From contig JAGXNO010000002.1 of assembly GCA_019894975.1 (NCBI GenBank), forward strand, positions 96,001 to 160,000: a stretch of 64,000 nucleotides of DNA, written 5' to 3'. The notes under the pieces were generated by a model, which was given only the letters and a program-made list of their open reading frames with translations, ran no database searches and was not told the origin of the DNA. Origin of the DNA: Promethearchaeota archaeon. Its GTDB lineage: Archaea; Asgardarchaeota; Lokiarchaeia; Sigyniarchaeales; SOKP01. Both the position numbers and the translations under genes were made by a program. Every line of letters starts with the position of its first letter. Position 1 is the first letter of the stretch. This document shows, piece by piece, positions 58,001-64,000 of the stretch.

Positions 58001-58021
58001 TCTTAAACCTGTATAACTAAC

Positions 58022-59020
58022 TCATTCATTTTTAGAATTTGCAATAATAAAACTACTAAGTTTATCAGAATTATAAAACTCTACTGGAGGTAACGTAGCA
58101 GAAAGAGCTGCAGCAGAAAGAGCTATTCTTGCGCCACTCGCAACTGGAATTTTTGATGCATATGATAGACCTAATGTTGCCATAATTACACTCCCAACTG
58201 CTACATAACTCCTGACAGGTTGCCGTAAGATTGGTTTAAACTTATCAACAACCTCATTATTCTTATGAAAAAGATAGGATTCTAATTCCAAATAGTTTAA
58301 TAATACACTTCTACATTTAGATGAGCTTAGAATTTTCTTTCCCGCGATTAGAATACTAGTTTCATTACAACAATCAATTGAAAAGGTGTCTAAAGCTTTT
58401 TGAAGGTTCATTTTAATTAAATCCACATCTTCATATAGATAATAATTAGAAATACTTGGACGAACAAGAATAGGTATATTTTTATAATGTTTTTTCAATT
58501 TTGATAATAAATTTTGAATAAAAATATCTTTGAATAATCCTCCTGTACCATAATCTAAAATTAATATTGAATCAATGTCAGAAGATCTAGTTTCAATACT
58601 ATTGATGAATTTTGTAATTATATCTTCTGAGATTTCACTTGAATAATCTGTTTCTAGCCGTAATAAGTGCTGATTCAGAGCTTTAATACGGGTAATTTGA
58701 GGAGTTTTTATACTACTTTCTACGATAATGCCTGATGAATCGATATTTAATTCTTTGATATACTTCAAGAAAAAATCCCCTTCATAATCACTACCAATAA
58801 CTGTACAAACCTCCGGTATACCCCCTAAAGATTTGATAAATTGCAATACTAATCCAATAGCACCAATATAGGTTTCACTTCTTTCAATTTTTATATTTGG
58901 AACTGGAGCGTCAGGAGAAATTCTATCGGCATATCCAAAAATATACTTATCTACTAAAGCTTCTCCGATAATTAGAACTTTTTTTTCTTTCCATTCTTTT
59001 ATACTATCAATCTGAGACAT
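58022..59020 (-). CDS. HldA/RfaE-like PfkB-fold protein, probably catalytically degenerate
   Basis: RISPDAPVP and HLLRLE retained; PfkB GAGD region reads YVAVGS. Confidence 0.75.
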   Translation of the reverse strand: MSQIDSIKEWKEKKVLIIGEALVDKYIFGYADRISPDAPVPNIKIERSETYIGAIGLVLQFIKSLGGIPEVCTVIGSDYEGDFFLKYIKELNIDSSGIIVESSIKTPQITRIKALNQHLLRLETDYSSEISEDIITKFINSIETRSSDIDSILILDYGTGGLFKDIFIQNLLSKLKKHYKNIPILVRPSISNYYLYEDVDLIKMNLQKALDTFSIDCCNETSILIAGKKILSSSKCRSVLLNYLELESYLFHKNNEVVDKFKPILRQPVRSYVAVGSVIMATLGLSYASKIPVASGARIALSAAALSATLPPVEFYNSDKLSSFIIANSKNE

Positions 59021-59042
59021 TGCAATGATATTGTTCTATTCT

Positions 59043-59699
59043 TTATCTATTTAATTGACCTTTTAATTTCTCCCAATCTCTGAGAAAAGATTCTAAACCT
59101 TTTTCAGTATTCGGGTGAACAAACATTTTTTCTAGAACTGAAAATGGAATGGTTGCAATATGTGCTCCCAATTTTGCAGCTTCAATAACATGTCTAGTAT
59201 TTCTTATAGATGCAACTATTAATTCCGATTTAAAATCATAAGCATTTAAAATTTCCATCGATTCTTTTAGCATATTGATTTCATTTTGGCCATTATCCAT
59301 TAACCTCCCAATGAAAGGGCTAATATATGAAGCACCTGCTTTAGCTGCTAGTAATACTTGATTTTGGGAGAATACTAAAGTTACATTTGTTCTAATATTT
59401 TCAACTTCAAGTTTTTTTACTGCCTTTATCCCATCCTTAGTCATCGGAATTTTAATAACAATATTAGGAGATAGTTGAACTAATTCTCTAGCCTCTTTAA
59501 CCATTTCCTCCGTTTTTAATCCAATAACTTCAGCACTGATGGGACCATCAACAATTTTACAAATTTTTTTTAATTGTTCTAAAGGATCAACCCCTTCTCT
59601 TGAAAGTAGGGTTGGATTGGTAGTTACACCATCAATAATCCCGAGTTCTTGCATTTCTTTTATTTGCTCTAAGTTAGCAGTATCTATAAAAAATTTCAT
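59043..59699 (-). CDS. tal: Transaldolase (short TalC/MipB type)
   Basis: [19 protein letters not shown] (Glu) and SPF (Phe) favour transaldolase over FSA; VIKIP, ASIR. Confidence 0.92.
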   Translation of the reverse strand: MKFFIDTANLEQIKEMQELGIIDGVTTNPTLLSREGVDPLEQLKKICKIVDGPISAEVIGLKTEEMVKEARELVQLSPNIVIKIPMTKDGIKAVKKLEVENIRTNVTLVFSQNQVLLAAKAGASYISPFIGRLMDNGQNEINMLKESMEILNAYDFKSELIVASIRNTRHVIEAAKLGAHIATIPFSVLEKMFVHPNTEKGLESFLRDWEKLKGQLNR

Positions 59700-59750
59700 G
59701 ATTAATACTCGTATTCACATTTTTTTAATTGTGTATAATTATGTGTTTTA

Positions 59751-60293
59751 TTATAAACTTTTAGCAAATTCTAACAGATTTTCATAAATGAAATCCGGTT
59801 TGATTAAATCATTTTTATTCTGTTCTTCAGAGCCATAACCAGTTAAAACTAAAACAGTTTTGCAGTTTGCCGTTAAACCTGTTTTGACATCATTAAGTGT
59901 GTCTCCCACCATAAAAGATTTCAATAAATCTATATTATGTTTCTTTTGAGCTTTTCTGATCATACCTATTTTAGGCTTTCTACAATCACACTCACCTGTA
60001 AAATCGGGATGATGGGGGCAGTAAAAAATATCATCAAGAACGATCTCGTTTTTCTTTAGTAAAATTCTCATTTTATCATGGATTTTTTCTAAAATTTCTT
60101 TACTATAGTATCCACGAGCAATTCCCGCTTGGTTAGTAATTATAATAAGTATAAATCCTTTCTCTTTTAATATTTTAAGCGCTTCTAATGTACCTACTAG
60201 GAGTTCAAATTCATCTGGATTTGACAGATACCCAACTTCTTTATTTATTACACCATCCCGGTCTAAAAAGATTGCTTTATTTTTATCAGTCAA
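59751..60293 (-). CDS. gmhB: D-glycero-D-manno-heptose 1,7-bisphosphate phosphatase
   Basis: FLDRDGVIN, TNQAGIARG, CPHHP...CDCRKP, MVGD. Confidence 0.92.
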   Translation of the reverse strand: MTDKNKAIFLDRDGVINKEVGYLSNPDEFELLVGTLEALKILKEKGFILIIITNQAGIARGYYSKEILEKIHDKMRILLKKNEIVLDDIFYCPHHPDFTGECDCRKPKIGMIRKAQKKHNIDLLKSFMVGDTLNDVKTGLTANCKTVLVLTGYGSEEQNKNDLIKPDFIYENLLEFAKSL

Positions 60294-60933
60294 CTACATC
60301 GGATCTCTTTAATAGTTGAATTATTAAATTAGGATCATCTGCTTTTAATATTGCGCTTGCGCTTGTTAAAATATCTGCCTTTATCAACTTAGCATTATCA
60401 GGACCCACACCACCATCCACATCTATGTCGAAATTGAGATTATTTTGATCCCTGTAACCAAGTAATTTATTAGTTTTAATAGGAGTTGTTGATATAAATT
60501 CTTGTCCAGAATATCCAGGATTAACAGCCATTATGAGAACAACATCAATTTTATGAAGATAATTAATTAATTTTGTAATTGAAGTTTCAGGATTTATTGC
60601 AATTCCAACTTTTTTATTAAGTATATTAATTTTATTGATAATATTTTCTATAATCCCTTCTGATTCATAATGGAAAACAAAGATGTCAGTATATTCAATA
60701 ATTTTATCTATATAAGTAAGTGGATTTCTAACCATAAAATGACCGATAATTGGTAAATCAGAGCTTTTTTTAAGAATTTTAAAAACTTCAAGGTTGTTTT
60801 GTTTATTTTGAACAAATTTGCCATCCATTACATCAACATGTAGATAATCAAGCCCTTTTAAACCTTTAATTATGTCTGGGTCGAATTCTTCCTCTGCATG
60901 TAATGAAACTGCGACTTTCTTCATTGAGATCAA
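60286..60933 (-). CDS. rpe: Ribulose-phosphate 3-epimerase
   Basis: HVDVMDGKFV, HFMV, GIAINPET, MAVNPGYSGQ, DVDGG. Confidence 0.9.
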   Translation of the reverse strand: MISMKKVAVSLHAEEEFDPDIIKGLKGLDYLHVDVMDGKFVQNKQNNLEVFKILKKSSDLPIIGHFMVRNPLTYIDKIIEYTDIFVFHYESEGIIENIINKINILNKKVGIAINPETSITKLINYLHKIDVVLIMAVNPGYSGQEFISTTPIKTNKLLGYRDQNNLNFDIDVDGGVGPDNAKLIKADILTSASAILKADDPNLIIQLLKRSDVVD

Positions 60934-61509
60934 CTATTCAAAGAGTGCATCTTCCACTAAATAGCAAATAATATGCCCAACCGTTATATGACCTTCTTGA
61001 ATTCTTGGAGTATCGGTGGAGGGTATTTTGAGACAATAATTTACAATTTTTTCAATATCATTTTGGTTTTGACCTGTCATACCTACGGTTACTGCACCTT
61101 TTTCTTTAGCCCGTTCTAACCCCCGAATTACATTTGGAGAGTTTCCTGAAGTACTTATTCCAATTACAATATCTCCTTTTTCTATAAAAGCATTAACTTG
61201 ACGTTCGAAAATTAAATCAAAACCAAAATCATTCGCTGTAGCTGTAATAGAAGAAGTGTTTGTGGTAAAGGCGAGCGAGGGAAGTGGTTCCCGATTTTTA
61301 TAAAATTTTCCAACAAATTCGGTAGCTATGTGTTGAGCATCTGCAGCACTACCTCCATTTCCAAAAAGGACTACCTTTTTTTTGTTTCGATATGCCTTAA
61401 TTATTTCTTCTGAGACTTTTCTAATCTGAGGTGCTAAATCCTTAATAGCTTCTTTAACTCTAATGTTTTCTTCTAAAATTGATTTGATTTTATCTTCCAT
61501 ATTCTTCAC
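60934..61509 (-). CDS. gmhA: Sedoheptulose-7-phosphate isomerase
   Basis: FGNGGSAADAQH, TANDFGF, STSGNSPNV, RIQEGH. Confidence 0.95.
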   Translation of the reverse strand: MKNMEDKIKSILEENIRVKEAIKDLAPQIRKVSEEIIKAYRNKKKVVLFGNGGSAADAQHIATEFVGKFYKNREPLPSLAFTTNTSSITATANDFGFDLIFERQVNAFIEKGDIVIGISTSGNSPNVIRGLERAKEKGAVTVGMTGQNQNDIEKIVNYCLKIPSTDTPRIQEGHITVGHIICYLVEDALFE

Positions 61510-61530
61510 TTTTATTTGTTAATAATTTTT

Positions 61531-62541
61531 TCAATTAATGTTCCAAACTTCAAGGCCTTTTGGATTGAAATGAAAATTGATAATTTTTCCTCCAATTTTT
61601 TCTAATTCTTGAATAACTCTGTGCTTCTTATTAGGTTCCGAAAATAATAACAAATGTCCTCCACCTCCAGCACCTAATAGTTTCCCCCCAAGAACTCCAA
61701 ACTTTCTTGAAGTTAAATAGAAATGTTCAATTTCCTTATTTGAAATTTTTGAGCTTAAACTCTTTTTTGCTAGCCACCCTTTATGTAATAGTTCCCCAAA
61801 TTCGTTTAACAAACCAAAGTCATTTGATTCAATAATAGTTCTCATTGAGAGTGCCACGTTTTTCAGATCTTGCATCGCTTCTAAATATGATTTCTTTTGT
61901 ATTTCATACCCTCTTAAAACTTCGACTTGAATATCAGAAGAAAAATGTGATCCACCAATATAACATAAAATTAAACGATATTGTAATTCATTTACCAATT
62001 CCACAGTTGTACTTACAGGAAATACCTCTACAGAGTTAGTAAATTCAATAAAATTGAATCCGCCATAAGCAGCAGCAAATTGATCCTGATAACCTCCTTT
62101 CTGTTCTAACTCGATTCTTTCGATATCATAAGCTTTTTGAGCAACTTGGTGTTTTGATAAACCAAAATTATAATAATTATTCAATGCACCGATTAAAGCA
62201 ACCGATAATGAGGAGGAACCTCCCATACCTGAACCCGCAGGTAATTCTGAGTAAGTTGTAATATTAAATCCATCCTCAATTTCTAAATCATTAATGATTC
62301 CTTTGAATATTTCGAAATTAGAAGTATATTCAGTATCACCCTTCTTAAAAATCAGCTCATCATTATTATTTAATGAAAATACACGGTTTTTTTTATCGTC
62401 TCTGGGTTCTAATGTAACATAAACATGACGATCTATTGCTGTACTTATGACACAACCTCCATGTTCTCTACAGTAGGGGGCCATATCGGTACCCCCTCCT
62501 CCAAAACTAACCCGGAAAGGGGCTTTTGAACGTATTATCAT
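61531..62541 (-). CDS. hddA: D-glycero-alpha-D-manno-heptose-7-phosphate kinase (GHMP family)
   Basis: APFRVSFGGGGTD, PAGSGMGGSS, GGYQDQFAAAYGG, GGKLLGAGGGG; in an operon with gmhA and gmhB. Confidence 0.87.
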   Translation of the reverse strand: MIIRSKAPFRVSFGGGGTDMAPYCREHGGCVISTAIDRHVYVTLEPRDDKKNRVFSLNNNDELIFKKGDTEYTSNFEIFKGIINDLEIEDGFNITTYSELPAGSGMGGSSSLSVALIGALNNYYNFGLSKHQVAQKAYDIERIELEQKGGYQDQFAAAYGGFNFIEFTNSVEVFPVSTTVELVNELQYRLILCYIGGSHFSSDIQVEVLRGYEIQKKSYLEAMQDLKNVALSMRTIIESNDFGLLNEFGELLHKGWLAKKSLSSKISNKEIEHFYLTSRKFGVLGGKLLGAGGGGHLLLFSEPNKKHRVIQELEKIGGKIINFHFNPKGLEVWNIN

Positions 62542-62770
62542 AAATAATGTAATCTTATATTAAATCTCGATATTAATTTGATTTCATACTAAATCATTAA
62601 AAAATTTGATTGTTATTTAATCATCTATTTTTAAACGACTTACTATATTTCTTCTTTTAAACCTATTTAAAAATCCAATTAGGAATGATTAAGTTAAAAA
62701 TTCAAATAAGGTTTATACATAAATAAGGTAGGTTTTAATAAAAATCAATCAAACTGAAGAAATATCTACT

Positions 62771-63877
62771 ATGGAGAAACTTAATATTATCCTTGTATCT
62801 TTAACTTTTGCTCCTGATACTCAAGATGGAGCAGCAAAATTCTTCACAGGAATCTATAATTACTTAAAAAATCGCGGTCATAACGTAAAAGTTATAACAG
62901 GAAAATGGAATAGAGATCTTTCAGATCCTAATATTATTCAACTAAATATAATTCGGAAAAGGTTTTTGTGGTTCCCCCTATTTAATCTTTCTACGGTTAA
63001 ATATCTAAGAAAACTAAAATTTGACATTATACATGGAAATAGTCCTAAAGGGGTATTACCAATTATCCTATCAAATCAAAAACAGTTTATCTCTACGATT
63101 CATGATTTAGGACCATTTGAAACGAGTTTTACAAGGATCCCAATTGAAAAATATTTAATTAAACTCGCTGTGAGGAGATCAACCTATATAACAACTTGTT
63201 CTAATTTTATAAGGAAAGAAATAAAACATTATATTCCTGAAGTAGACATAAAAAATATCTTTAATCTCTATTCTGCAATAGAAGATAAATATAAACCACT
63301 CCCTCTAGAAGCAAAAAAATTAAAACAAAAATTACATATCGAAGGGCCAATTATTTTATATATAGGGAGAATAACAAAGTACAAAGGAGTTGAAAATATA
63401 ATAGAAGCCTATAAGATTGCAAAGAAAGAAATTCCTAACCTCAATTTAGTTATGGGAGGTAAACCAGATTTTTATATGGAAAAAATCTACCAAGACTGGA
63501 AACAGAAATATAGGGATATTCATTTTGTAGGATTTATATCTGAAAAAGAAATCCCCATATATTATTCAATGGGAGATGTTTTTGTTACATACTCCTATGC
63601 ATCAGAGGGCTTTGGTTTAACACCAATCGAAGCAATTGCATGTGGAACTCCTGTAATTTGCTCATCTATGATTGCCTATAAAGAAGTGTTACAAGATAAT
63701 GCTATTTTTGTACCCCCTATGAATTCACAACAATTAGCTGCTGAAATGGTAAGCCTGATAAAAGATAATTCAAAAAGGGAAGCGCTCATAAACAAAGCTC
63801 AAAAATTTGTAAAAAGATATTCTTGGGATTCAGTAGGGAAAAAACTTGAAGAGTTGTATTATAAGTTTTTAAAATGA
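62771..63877 (+). CDS. GT4-family (GT-B) glycosyltransferase
   Basis: STIHDL, YIGRI..YKG, EGFGLTPIEAIACGTPV, YSW. Confidence 0.92.
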   Translation: MEKLNIILVSLTFAPDTQDGAAKFFTGIYNYLKNRGHNVKVITGKWNRDLSDPNIIQLNIIRKRFLWFPLFNLSTVKYLRKLKFDIIHGNSPKGVLPIILSNQKQFISTIHDLGPFETSFTRIPIEKYLIKLAVRRSTYITTCSNFIRKEIKHYIPEVDIKNIFNLYSAIEDKYKPLPLEAKKLKQKLHIEGPIILYIGRITKYKGVENIIEAYKIAKKEIPNLNLVMGGKPDFYMEKIYQDWKQKYRDIHFVGFISEKEIPIYYSMGDVFVTYSYASEGFGLTPIEAIACGTPVICSSMIAYKEVLQDNAIFVPPMNSQQLAAEMVSLIKDNSKREALINKAQKFVKRYSWDSVGKKLEELYYKFLK

Positions 63878-64000
63878 TAATTGTATGGTCTCTTACTAAT
63901 TTAGAAGCTACATTATTCTACTTTATTTAATCTATTCTTGACAAAATTAAAACAAATATCAATTGGGTTTTCAAATTGGCGGATCTTTTCTTTAAATGAG

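Noticed and set aside
501-62039. Many short antisense or nested ORFs in the ORF track (e.g. 3643..4140, 11056..11388, 40844..41176)
   Set aside because: They lie within well-supported genes, have no motifs, and look like shadow frames
1-64000. tRNA, rRNA, CRISPR arrays, IS elements or integrases
   Set aside because: No GC-rich structured islands, spaced repeats or transposase/integrase motifs recognised; intergenic gaps are short and AT-rich. A tRNAscan/Infernal run would be needed to fully exclude small RNAs

Overview
Strongly AT-rich, gene-dense archaeal chromosomal segment. It is most consistent with an Asgard archaeon of the Lokiarchaeia (inference). Archaeal information genes (top6A/B, mcm, GINS, type II MetAP, EndoQ) occur together with eukaryotic-signature-type proteins (Rab-like GTPase, roadblock, longin-like, tandem V4R/Bet3-like, membrane-anchored HEAT solenoid). 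Main blocks in order: (1) glycyl-radical enzyme and an orphan beta-class DNA methyltransferase; (2) MoxR-vWA-SWIM trio, whose vWA protein starts with a MoxR-like lid domain; (3) coaBC, a much-expanded top6B, top6A, pyrE, GINS, a TM-HEAT protein, mcm, a small GTPase and an HDAC; (4) a ~12 kb seven-gene cell-surface locus (giant Ig-repeat glycoprotein with an apparently dead transglutaminase domain, DUF4129-like, DUF4350-like, MoxR, DUF58, membrane protein); (5) a co-oriented lipoate (LipS1/LipS2/ligase) plus F420 (cofE-nitroreductase fusion, cofD) cluster; (6) bacterial-type LeuRS core with an archaeal-type tail, bacterial-type TIM, hdrC and thioredoxin; (7) longin/V4R/roadblock genes; (8) an eight-gene operon joining the non-oxidative pentose phosphate pathway to heptose activation, with an apparently inactive HldA-like kinase and a divergent GT4. 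No rRNA, tRNA, CRISPR array or mobile element was recognised. All family calls come from motif recognition by eye, not from database searches.
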